NCBI RefSeq assembly: GCF_000253055.1
Contig: NC_016070.1
Location: 1,680,001 to 1,712,000, forward strand
Reading direction: 5' to 3'
Origin: Thermoproteus tenax Kra 1
Lineage (GTDB): Archaea; Thermoproteota; Thermoprotei; Thermoproteales; Thermoproteaceae
Length of the DNA: 32,000 nucleotides
The position numbers and the translations under genes were made by a program. Positions 16,611 to 29,290 of this stretch are shown here, one piece after another (within the stretch, counting starts at the first letter, position 1; each line of letters starts with the position of its first letter). The notes under the pieces were generated by a model. That model was not told where the DNA came from. It worked only from the letters and a program-made list of their open reading frames with translations, and did not search any database.

Positions 16611-16650
16611 ACGGGCTATACAACTCAAATAAATATTTCGGAGAAGTGGC

Positions 16651-17685
16651 GTGGACAGAGGCGAGATCGAGGAGCTCCTCAAGAGGGATCTCTGGGAGCT
16701 GGGCTCGGAGGCTTGGAGAATCAGAAGCAAACTATACGGCAGAGTCACTACCTATATATCAAGCATGGTGTTGAACTACACGAACGTGTGCGTGATAGAG
16801 TGCGAGTTCTGTCCCTTCTGGAGGAGGCGCGGTGAACAAGACGCCTACGCGCTGAGCGTGGAGGAGGCACTGAGGAGAGTGTTAGAGGTGGACGCAAAAT
16901 ACGGCTTGAGGCAAGTGTTAGTACAAGGCGGTATCAACCCCGATATAGGGATAGAGTACTTCGAGGAGCTGTTCAGAGCTATAAAGTCCAAGGCGCCGCA
17001 CATAGCCATCCACGCGCTCTCCCCCCTTGAGGTCGACTATCTGGCTAGGAGGGAAAGAGCCAGCTGGAGGGAGGTCCTGGAGAGGTTGCGGGAGGCCGGC
17101 ATGGACTCCATGCCGGGAGGAGGAGGGGAGATCTTAGTGGACAGAGTGAGGCGCGAGATATCGCCTAAAAAAATAGGCTCGGAGATTTGGCTGAGGATAA
17201 TGGAGGAGGCACACAAGTTGGGCATACCTACCTCGGCCACAATGATGTATGGACACGTGGAGACCCAGGAAGAGTGGGCTGAACATCTGTGGAAGATAGC
17301 AGATCTACAGAGAAGGACGAAGGGCTTTATGGCGTTTATAGCCTGGAATTATGAGCCGGCGGGCAACCCGCTGGGGCGTAGAGTCAAATACGCCAAGACG
17401 GCCGCTACTCTGCTCAGAGTTGTGGCCGTTGCGCGCATCGCGTTCACGGGCGAGTCCTTCATACCGCACATACAGTCCAGCTGGCTCACTAATGGGCCCG
17501 AGGCGGCTGAGTTGGCCATGTATTTCGGCGCGGACGACTTCGGCGGCACGCTCTACGAAGAGAGAGTGTTGGAGAGCCAGAGGAGGATCTCACCCATCGG
17601 GACTAGGGAGGATGTTGTGATGTTAATAGAGAGGGCCGGCTTCACGCCCGCAGAGAGGGACAACTGGTACAGAATCATCAGCTGA
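16651..17685 (+). CDS. mqnC: Radical SAM cyclic dehypoxanthine futalosine synthase
   Basis: 344 aa, GTG start. NYTNVCVIECEFCPFWRR, LVQGGINPDIGIEYFEELF, GGGGEILVDRVRREISPKKIGSEIWLRIMEEAHKLGIPTSATMMYGHVET. Confidence 0.85.
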   Translation: MDRGEIEELLKRDLWELGSEAWRIRSKLYGRVTTYISSMVLNYTNVCVIECEFCPFWRRRGEQDAYALSVEEALRRVLEVDAKYGLRQVLVQGGINPDIGIEYFEELFRAIKSKAPHIAIHALSPLEVDYLARRERASWREVLERLREAGMDSMPGGGGEILVDRVRREISPKKIGSEIWLRIMEEAHKLGIPTSATMMYGHVETQEEWAEHLWKIADLQRRTKGFMAFIAWNYEPAGNPLGRRVKYAKTAATLLRVVAVARIAFTGESFIPHIQSSWLTNGPEAAELAMYFGADDFGGTLYEERVLESQRRISPIGTREDVVMLIERAGFTPAERDNWYRIIS

Positions 17686-18856
17686 GAACCTCGCCGGTCT
17701 CCAACAGGCGTAGGACGCCCTTTGAGGCAACTGCGACAGCCCTCCCGAAGGCCCTCTGGCCGACTAGAGGCGAGAAGCGGCAAGTCCCTCTGAAGTCCGA
17801 CTCCGAGACCACGAACTCCTCGAGTCTGAAAATGGAGAAAGACGCGGGGGCGCCTGGAGCGAGCCTTACGTCGAACCCGGAGAATCTCGCCGGGCGGGCC
17901 GAGTAGAGCCTCACGACATCGCTCAAGTCCAGAAGCCCGTCGCGCCAGAGGCGCAACAACAACGACGACGCCACGTCAAGACTACATATCCCCGGCGGAG
18001 GGCTCGGCGACTTTTTCTCCTGCAGCGCGTGAGGGGCGTGGTCTGTAGCATACATATCCACGGTGCCTGAGAGGAAGAGGGAGAGCAAACGCCTCCTCTG
18101 CTCCTCGGAACGTAGCGGAGGGTTGACTCTGCAGAGACCTGGATCTCTGCAGCTCTCCTGGCTGAGGAGTAAGTGGTGCGGCGTGACGTCCATCGTTGCG
18201 GCGCCCCTCAGAGTCTCTACAGTGTAGGGCAGAGAGACGTGTGTGACGTGTATTTTGTAGCCCCTACGGGCGTAGAGCAATGCCCTATCGGCGCATCGGG
18301 CCTCGGCCTCGGGCGGCCTGGAGCCCCCTTTGAAGTACGCAGGGTCCTCGCAGTGGAACACGGCGGTGCAGCCGAGGGAGGAGCATCTCCCCAGAAGCGC
18401 CTCTATGTGCGGCCAGCCGTACTGCTCTACGTCCTCTGGGTATATTTTCACAGAGCGAGGCCGCGCCCTCTCGAGCTCCGTGAGGTCCTCTGGGACTCCC
18501 ATATGTACACCGTAATATATAGCGAGACGCGAGCCCTCAGCGATCCTCTTGGTGTATAGCTCGGCTGTGTTTATACGCGGCGAAGTGTTTGGCATATCCA
18601 TGACTCCCACGACGCCCCCCGCGAGGGCTGCGGCCGCGCCGCCCTCAAGGGTCTCCTTGTAGGACAGCCCCCAGTCTCTGAAGTGCACGTGTATATCGAC
18701 GAAGCCCGGCAAGATTATATAATGCCGCGAGAACTGTAGCGTGCGGCATCCGGCCCTTGTGCTCCTAAGCGATCTGATGATGCCGTTCTCGACGAGAATA
18801 GAAACGTCCTCAATGCGCCCTCCGATGTACGCCTTGCCCACTACAGTGAAACACAC
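17678..18856 (-). CDS. pyrC: Dihydroorotase
   Basis: 392 aa. LPGFVDIHVHFRDWG, MPNTSP, VFHCEDP, IHVTHVSL, TPHHLLLS and YATDHAPHALQEK. Confidence 0.9.
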   Translation of the reverse strand: MCFTVVGKAYIGGRIEDVSILVENGIIRSLRSTRAGCRTLQFSRHYIILPGFVDIHVHFRDWGLSYKETLEGGAAAALAGGVVGVMDMPNTSPRINTAELYTKRIAEGSRLAIYYGVHMGVPEDLTELERARPRSVKIYPEDVEQYGWPHIEALLGRCSSLGCTAVFHCEDPAYFKGGSRPPEAEARCADRALLYARRGYKIHVTHVSLPYTVETLRGAATMDVTPHHLLLSQESCRDPGLCRVNPPLRSEEQRRRLLSLFLSGTVDMYATDHAPHALQEKKSPSPPPGICSLDVASSLLLRLWRDGLLDLSDVVRLYSARPARFSGFDVRLAPGAPASFSIFRLEEFVVSESDFRGTCRFSPLVGQRAFGRAVAVASKGVLRLLETGEVLS

Positions 18857-18889
18857 GGGGAAGGTGGGGGCAGGATTTATGAATGCGGG

Positions 18890-18912
18890 AGCGAAAAATT
18901 TTTAATTTAGGG
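18890..18912 (+). promoter_or_regulatory. Candidate rRNA operon promoter
   Basis: A/T box gcgaaaaatttttaattta upstream of the rRNA leader and just beyond the divergent pyrC start. Confidence 0.45.
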
Positions 18913-19050
18913 TGTTTTAGGATGGTCGCGCCTTAATTGTTTGTGTGGCCGAGGCGGGGCCTCGGCCGAATTGCCTTAATGTTCCCCCGACTAACCCCCC
19001 TGGGTTTAGCCCGGGCGGGCGTCGGGGGAGAAAACCCCACGCCGCCGAAA

Positions 19051-19083
19051 CGCGCGGAGTCCGGGGTGGTCCCGCCCCCGAGG
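19051..19083 (+). other. 5' strand of 16S pre-rRNA processing stem
   Basis: CGCGCGGAGTCC...GTGGTCCCGCCCCCGAGGG pairs with the flank at 20612-20644 (CCCTCGGGGCGGGAACCTAGAGGACTCCGCGCG). Interrupted by bulges as expected for BHB processing. Confidence 0.8.
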
Positions 19084-19102
19084 GCGGCCTGCGGCCGCTC
19101 TC

Positions 19103-20609
<1,507 letters not shown>

Positions 20610-20611
20610 GA

Positions 20612-20644
20612 CCCTCGGGGCGGGAACCTAGAGGACTCCGCGCG
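20612..20644 (+). other. 3' strand of 16S pre-rRNA processing stem
   Basis: Complementary to 19051-19083, including the perfect outer helix GGACTCCGCGCG / CGCGCGGAGTCC. Confidence 0.8.
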
Positions 20645-20655
20645 TGCTCCGCAAG

Positions 20656-20669
20656 CCGCCGTCCGCACG
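20656..20669 (+). other. 5' strand of 23S pre-rRNA processing stem
   Basis: CCGCCGTCCGCACG is a perfect complement of CGTGCGGACGGCGG at 23693-23706. Confidence 0.82.
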
Positions 20670-20671
20670 GT

Positions 20672-23690
<3,019 letters not shown>

Positions 23691-23692
23691 AG

Positions 23693-23706
23693 CGTGCGGA
23701 CGGCGG
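23693..23706 (+). other. 3' strand of 23S pre-rRNA processing stem
   Basis: CGTGCGGACGGCGG, complement of 20656-20669. Confidence 0.82.
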
Positions 23707-24004
23707 GCGAAAGAGCCGGCGGCGTGGGGTACTCGTAATACTCCTTTTTCTCCCGGGCTCCGTTTGGCTACAGTGTGTTCTGGTGGAGTTTATGCACTGC
23801 AAGCCTGCTCATATTCGTGGAGGAGTCAGTGACGTATGGGACGTTCGTAGCGATAGATACAAATTCAGAGTCTGACGGAGGCAAGCCTATTTGTCTGGCG
23901 TGTTAAGATCGCGGCACAGCGGCGCGTCCGTCTGAGAAGACGACTTGCTATATGTCTCGCCCTCTTCACATTTTCCGTTAGCAGTCTAGCTGTTCCGCCT
24001 CGCG

Positions 24005-24393
24005 CTACAATACATCAAATACGGCCTCAGGTGAGCCGAGCTCCTCCCTCATGGCCTCGTAGAGCAAGTCTTGTCTGACGTCGGCGTATCCGTATACTAA
24101 GATATTCCTCATGCCGGAGATACCCTTTGCTATTGGACGTAGCTCGGGCGGAATGAGGTCTAGGACTACCTCCACGGCGTCTCGATATGTGGCGCCCCTC
24201 AGCCTCCTCCGCCGGACCGCCACGAAGGAGGCTCTAGGAGAGCCTCTAGGAAGATGTGCATGTACCTCTCGGCGAGGGCTTGATAGTCCTCGTTTGAGCT
24301 GTACTCCTCCCAACTCAGCTGGGCGAGCCTCCTCAGCTTTTCGAGGGCCCTCTTCGCCTTAGACGCCCTATTGGCGAGACCCGGCGAGGGCAT
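24005..24393 (-). pseudogene. HepT/DUF86-like HEPN protein, split by one frameshift
   Basis: N-terminal part in one frame (KRALEKLRRLAQLSWEEYSSNEDYQALAERYMHIFLEALLE, from 24393), C-terminal part in another (ASFVAVRRRRLRGATYRDAVEVVLDLIPPELRPIAKGISGMRNILVYGYADVRQDLLYEAMREELG, to 24005). The join is near 24235-24245. Confidence 0.7.
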
Positions 24394-24813
24394 TTTTCAC
24401 CATCTTTACGAGGGACTCGAGGTCCGCCATCTTGTCGAAGGCCTCGGCGGCGTCCCAATAGTACTCCCTGAGGCAGTCTCGCGGGCCGCAGTGGTAGATA
24501 AGACTCCCCCGGCCCGGAGCCTCCCAAGCCGCGATGGGGCCAGCCCAGTCTAAAACCAACAGATCTAGCTTCCCGGGAACGCACCTCTCCAGCCCCCGTA
24601 TAGGCGGCCAAGCTCCGTAAGGGATATCCTTCTCCCCACCTTCACCGCGAGATCCCAATCGCTGAACTCCGCAGCATATCCCAGAGCCCGGGAGCCGAAC
24701 AGAACTACGTACCTTAGCTCAAAACGCGCCGCCACATCGCCCACGCACTTCTCAAGAGGCTCCGCAGCGTAGAGAAAGACACAGTATTTATGTAGAACAG
24801 TATAAACATCCAC
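24368..24813 (-). pseudogene. MNT-type minimal nucleotidyltransferase, split by one frameshift
   Basis: YVVLFGSRALGYAAEFSDWDLAVKVG in ORF 24565..24813. The continuation LERCVPGKLDLLVLDWAGPIAAWEAPGRGSLIYHC is in ORF 24368..24658. The junction is at a G homopolymer near 24590-24600. Start codon uncertain. Confidence 0.7.
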
Positions 24814-25935
24814 ATGCCACCAAGAGCTTGGTATTTGGCCGCGGGCTTTGTGATTATGTGTTTCAATTCCTTATATCAGTACACTTGGAATTTGTTGGCT
24901 CCGATGATAGGGCGCGCCATGGGGCTGGGCGTCTTGGCAGAGGCCGTCGGCTTCACAATATACGTTATAGTGTCAACGGTCGCGCAACCGGCCGGCGGAG
25001 CTCTGGCTGACTTAAGAGGCCCGCGCGGCGTGGGGGCCCTCTCGGCCGTCCTCTCGGCGCTGGGCTTCATAGGGGCAGCCCTGGCGCCGGGGCCTGCGCT
25101 TTTGTATCTGGCGTGGGGGCTCGGCAGCGCGGGCGAGGGAGTGCTCTACGGAATAGCGTTCAATCTGGCCGTCAAATGGTACCAAGACAAGCTGGGCCTC
25201 GCCACAGGCCTCGTGTCGCTCGGCTTCGGCCTTGGGTCCGCCGTGGCCAACCCGCTCATAGCCTCCGTGGGCAACTACAGAGAGGCCACTTTGGCTATCG
25301 GCGTAGTTGAACTCCTAGTCTTAGTTCCGCTGTCCCTCCTCGTCGATTACCCGAGGGGGCTCTCCGGGGTCTCTCCGAGGCGCGCCCTGCTCGACGCGCG
25401 CTTCTGGACGCTCTACGCCTCCTACGCCCTCGGCGCAGTGCCCCTCCTCTCGTTGGCCTCCTCGCTACATCTCTTGGTCGGCGGAGGGGAACTCGTCCTC
25501 TTGGCCTCCCTCTATCCCCTCCTAGTTGGAGCCGCGAGACCGCTGTTGGGCGCCCTCGCTGACAAGTGGGGCCCCCTCAAGGCCATCTATCTGGCCCTCG
25601 CTGTCAGCGCCGCCGGCACGCTCGCAATGTTGGCAGGTCTGGACATAGTGGGCGTCATCGCCGTGGGTCTCACGGGCGGCGCCATCATAATCCTCTATTT
25701 GAACCTCTCCAGCAGGATCTTCGGGCCCAAGTACGCTACTGCTAACAACGGCCTCTTGTACACGGCCAAGGCTGTCGGCGGGACTCTCGGCAGCGCTGCC
25801 TTCGGCTACGTCTACGCCCTCGGGGGCGCCCGGGCATCCCTCCTTTTCGCTGCTGCGTCAGCGTTGGCGGCCATGGCCATATTGGCGGCGCAGCGCGGAC
25901 TGGAGAGGCCCCTCCCAAGGGACCCCCAGTTGTAG
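24814..25935 (+). CDS. MFS transporter
   Basis: 373 aa, about 10-12 hydrophobic segments. GGALADLRGPRGVGALSAVLSALGFIGAALAPG and ALADKWGPLKAIYLALAVSA. Confidence 0.85.
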   Translation: MPPRAWYLAAGFVIMCFNSLYQYTWNLLAPMIGRAMGLGVLAEAVGFTIYVIVSTVAQPAGGALADLRGPRGVGALSAVLSALGFIGAALAPGPALLYLAWGLGSAGEGVLYGIAFNLAVKWYQDKLGLATGLVSLGFGLGSAVANPLIASVGNYREATLAIGVVELLVLVPLSLLVDYPRGLSGVSPRRALLDARFWTLYASYALGAVPLLSLASSLHLLVGGGELVLLASLYPLLVGAARPLLGALADKWGPLKAIYLALAVSAAGTLAMLAGLDIVGVIAVGLTGGAIIILYLNLSSRIFGPKYATANNGLLYTAKAVGGTLGSAAFGYVYALGGARASLLFAAASALAAMAILAAQRGLERPLPRDPQL

Positions 25936-25957
25936 CAATAAAAAGGCTGGATAATCT

Positions 25958-27202
25958 ATGGGGATCCTCCTCAACGTAGACTATGGGGATCCTCTGGCCA
26001 AATTGAGGGCTCGGAGCGTCCTCAGGAGGATACGCCCCAAGTACGTCGGAGAGGAGGAGGCCATAGACGCGTTCTATGTCCACTACAGGAGGCCCATCTT
26101 GGGCGGGACTGCATCGAGCGAAGCTTGGGCCCGCTTTCTGGGGCTCTACCTCTCCTCGGAGTATTACAAGCGGGTTGGAGATATCTGCAGGCTCAACGCC
26201 AAGGCATCCCTCGAGGCTGCGGTGCGCCTATTGGCCGCATATGAGTCGTTTCTAGACTCCCTGGAGACTGACGAGGGGAGGCTCTGGTTGGGCCGCGGCC
26301 TCTTCCTCAAGTGGTCTATGGCCTTGAGAAAGATCAAGAGGTACTTCGGGGATCCTCACGACGTCTACAAGCTTTATCTCTCGCTGAGGAGGCTCGGCGA
26401 AGTGCTCGGCTCCGGCAGGTCAGAGGATCCGGCGTCCCTATCTCTGTCCATAGCCGCCGACCCTGCCAGGGCCAAGCTCGCCGACATAATAGTGGACGCC
26501 GCAAGGATAGCTTCCTCTTTGGGAGAGATCGACTTGGACGAGGGCGACGGCGGCGGGCCCCACTTGCCGGACGGCATCATGTTGGCGTCAGCGGAGCTCG
26601 CGTTGAAGAGGGCCGCCGGCCTCACCAGAGCCCTCTACATCGCCTCGCGCGAGCTCTTCGCCTACAAGGTCGCCACGTCCACTCTCACTGCTAAATACTA
26701 CGTAATGGCGCACAGACCCCGTCTGTACATCTTGGTGGACAAGTCCGGCTCTATGTACGACGTGGTCCCCGGCGCAGGCGTCAGGAGGATATCGCTGGCG
26801 GCCGCGTGGGCCATAGCTCTGTTGAGGAGACACAAGGGCTCCCTAGTCCGCTTTTTCGATGTACAGTTGCATAAGCCCGGGAGCAACCTCGACGTTGCCG
26901 AGATCCTCCTCAAGGTAGTCCCCTCGGGGGGCACTAACTTGAAGAACGCCGTAGAGGCCGCTCTAGAGGAGGCGCAGATGTTGGGGCCTAGGAGGTACGA
27001 GCTCGTGGTCATTACCGACGGCGAAGACGACTCTTTGGATGAGCCAACTGCGGAGAGAGCGAGGAGGCTGTTCGCGGGCGGAAGAATATACTTAGTCGGC
27101 CGCGCCGAGCCTCAGCGGACTGCCCGACTTCCCCTGCCTGCGAGCTTTGTAAAAACGCCCAAAATAACGGGCCTCTCAGGTCTGGGCATGGCATCGGTCT
27201 AA
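25958..27202 (+). CDS. VWA (von Willebrand factor A) domain protein
   Basis: 414 aa. C-terminal VWA domain with MIDAS motif YILVDKSGSMYD, SGGTNLKNAVEAAL, VVITDGEDD. The N-terminal helical region is unassigned. Confidence 0.82.
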   Translation: MGILLNVDYGDPLAKLRARSVLRRIRPKYVGEEEAIDAFYVHYRRPILGGTASSEAWARFLGLYLSSEYYKRVGDICRLNAKASLEAAVRLLAAYESFLDSLETDEGRLWLGRGLFLKWSMALRKIKRYFGDPHDVYKLYLSLRRLGEVLGSGRSEDPASLSLSIAADPARAKLADIIVDAARIASSLGEIDLDEGDGGGPHLPDGIMLASAELALKRAAGLTRALYIASRELFAYKVATSTLTAKYYVMAHRPRLYILVDKSGSMYDVVPGAGVRRISLAAAWAIALLRRHKGSLVRFFDVQLHKPGSNLDVAEILLKVVPSGGTNLKNAVEAALEEAQMLGPRRYELVVITDGEDDSLDEPTAERARRLFAGGRIYLVGRAEPQRTARLPLPASFVKTPKITGLSGLGMASV

Positions 27203-27248
27203 GGGGACGGTCGCCGATAACTTCATAATTTGCGGCGACACCCTCTAT

Positions 27249-29201
27249 GTGCCATTTGAAAAGCTCCTAGCCTTTAGATTTGCGGCGCCCCCCGCGGTGG
27301 TAGCCGATGTGATCTTCAGATTGGGGATCGCCGAGGTGGCCGTCTTTGAGGAGAGACCGCCCCACTTCGCCCCTCCGCCCTCCTGCGAGCTGGAGGCAGA
27401 CGTCGAGATGCTAGAGAGGATCATCGCATCATACAACCTATTTGAGAGAGCGGAGCCCTTGCCGCTCAAGAACCTAGGGGAGGGGCTCAAAAAGGCGTTG
27501 AGAGTGTTGAGGGAGTGCACGGCGGGATATGAGCCAAACGACGTCGTCAAGAGGGAGGCGCTCAGAGGCTATATAGCCAAATGTGCATCTGAGCGCGGCA
27601 TTGGCCTAGGGGGGATATCGTGGGTATTGAGGGCAGCACGTCGGGTTCTAGAGACCTACAAGAGCAACGCCTATTCTGAGGGCCCGGACACTGGCCGCTC
27701 TTTCAACGCAGTGTTGTCCGAGATAAAGGCCAAGGAGGAGGAGTTGGCCAGACTACATCTTATGCTGTCCTTCCTGGAGGGCCTGGAGCGCCAAGGGTAT
27801 ACATCGCTCCATATACCTGAGGGTTATCGTTTGATAGTCAATCCCAAGGAGCCCGTACGAGATTTGCATCAATCGCTGAAATTCGGAGACCTAGATCTAG
27901 TCATTGTTAAGGGCGGGAGAGGCGCCTATGGTGGTGTCGAGATACCGCGTGAGTATGTTCTTGATATAAGACTTTCTAAAACAATAATTATTCAAACTAT
28001 TAAAAATTTAGAATACTCATTAAATAAATTGAAATTAATTTATAATAATATGGTTGAGATATATAAGAGGTATTCTGTTTTCGGGGACTTTAAGTGGGCG
28101 GAACACTCGGATGTGGCAGTTATCTCGTTCTTCGTGCGCGAGAAAGACCTCAAGGTTGTCGATGAAATACTTTCCGAGGTTTTAAAGGGGCGATTCATAC
28201 CGAGACGGTCGATCTCATACAAGGTCAACCCTATCTTCAAGTATATAGAATATGTCCAGGCACCAGTGAGCGAGAGGTGGCCTTATCCCATTCAAGCGTT
28301 CAACAAGATCTTGTACATGTACGGAGTGCCGGAGCCCGGCGAGCTCTCGCCGCTTCCTCTCGTTGCATTTCTATTTCCTCTATTTTTTGGATGGATGTTC
28401 GGCGACATCGGCTATGGCTTACTTCTTCTGGCGTTGTCCCTAACTCTGTTCAGGTTGGGCAAAAAGGACTGGGGCATTGTATGGCTTATTGCTAGCGCAT
28501 CTACTATATCTTTCGGTGCATATTACGGCGAGTTCCTCGGACTTAAGCTGTGGGGGCCCGATATTGAGACCACGTATATGACCGGCATCGCGGCCTCTCT
28601 CCTTCTCGGCTTCTATCTAATGTTTTTGGCTTTTTCACTAAAGATAATCAATAGGCTGTTGGCCAAGGACTACGAAGCTTCATTGGCCTTACATGCCCCC
28701 ATAGCCCTCCTCTACGCATCGATAGGCTCTAGAATGTTGGATCTAATCGGCATAGAGCCATATCTGCGAGGGAGAATAGGATTAGACGTCCTCCTCGACC
28801 TCTGTCGCTTTCTAGCATCAGATCCAAGCCTTTTACTGGGCACTATCTGGCTCGCGTTGGGGCTGGGCACGTTGGCCGGCAAATACGGCGTATCCCACCT
28901 AAGGGATATAGGATCCGAGGCTGTCATGGCGATAATAGAGGCGTTTGTAGGAGCTACGGCCAACGTCTTAAGCTTCGCTAGATTGGCCATTCTAGTTATA
29001 GTCCACTCCGCATTGTCGTCTGCGGCCTACGCCCTTCTTGAACTCCCCGGCGGCCTACCGTTGTATATATTGACCGAGTTGGGCATGGCGGCCTTCGAGG
29101 GGTTCCTTACAGCCATTCAATCGCTGAGGCTCATATACTATGAGACTCTCTCGAAATTCTATAGAGGCAGTGGGCGCCTCTTCGAGCCGTATAAGATTTA
29201 A
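27249..29201 (+). CDS. A/V-type ATP synthase subunit I
   Basis: 650 aa. Long cytoplasmic N-terminus, then FPLFFGWMFGDIGYGLLLLALSL, GASFANVLSFARLA-like FVGATANVLSFARLAIL and FEGFLTAIQSLRLIYYETLSKFYRGSGRLFEPYKI. Confidence 0.92.
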   Translation: MPFEKLLAFRFAAPPAVVADVIFRLGIAEVAVFEERPPHFAPPPSCELEADVEMLERIIASYNLFERAEPLPLKNLGEGLKKALRVLRECTAGYEPNDVVKREALRGYIAKCASERGIGLGGISWVLRAARRVLETYKSNAYSEGPDTGRSFNAVLSEIKAKEEELARLHLMLSFLEGLERQGYTSLHIPEGYRLIVNPKEPVRDLHQSLKFGDLDLVIVKGGRGAYGGVEIPREYVLDIRLSKTIIIQTIKNLEYSLNKLKLIYNNMVEIYKRYSVFGDFKWAEHSDVAVISFFVREKDLKVVDEILSEVLKGRFIPRRSISYKVNPIFKYIEYVQAPVSERWPYPIQAFNKILYMYGVPEPGELSPLPLVAFLFPLFFGWMFGDIGYGLLLLALSLTLFRLGKKDWGIVWLIASASTISFGAYYGEFLGLKLWGPDIETTYMTGIAASLLLGFYLMFLAFSLKIINRLLAKDYEASLALHAPIALLYASIGSRMLDLIGIEPYLRGRIGLDVLLDLCRFLASDPSLLLGTIWLALGLGTLAGKYGVSHLRDIGSEAVMAIIEAFVGATANVLSFARLAILVIVHSALSSAAYALLELPGGLPLYILTELGMAAFEGFLTAIQSLRLIYYETLSKFYRGSGRLFEPYKI

Positions 29202-29227
29202 GTATACGATTTAAAATATAATGGAAA

Positions 29228-29254
29228 CAGCCGCCAGTTGGTCGGCTGATTTTT
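29228..29254 (+). terminator. Candidate hairpin plus T-run after the ATPase subunit I gene
   Basis: CAGCCG-ccagttggt-CGGCTG followed by ATTTTT. Confidence 0.4.
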
Positions 29255-29290
29255 AAATAAAAATTTAAATTCAAGTGTCTTGAGTACACC

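Noticed and set aside
15898-16835. Long ORFs antisense or frame-shifted to mqnE (15909..16835 plus, 15898..16623 minus)
   Set aside because: The mqnE frame has full radical-SAM motifs; the others are shadow ORFs.
24111-24362. Plus-strand ORF 83 aa and 24371..24553, over the MNT/HepT-like pair
   Set aside because: Minus-strand frames show recognisable MNT and DUF86 sequence; the plus-strand translations match nothing.
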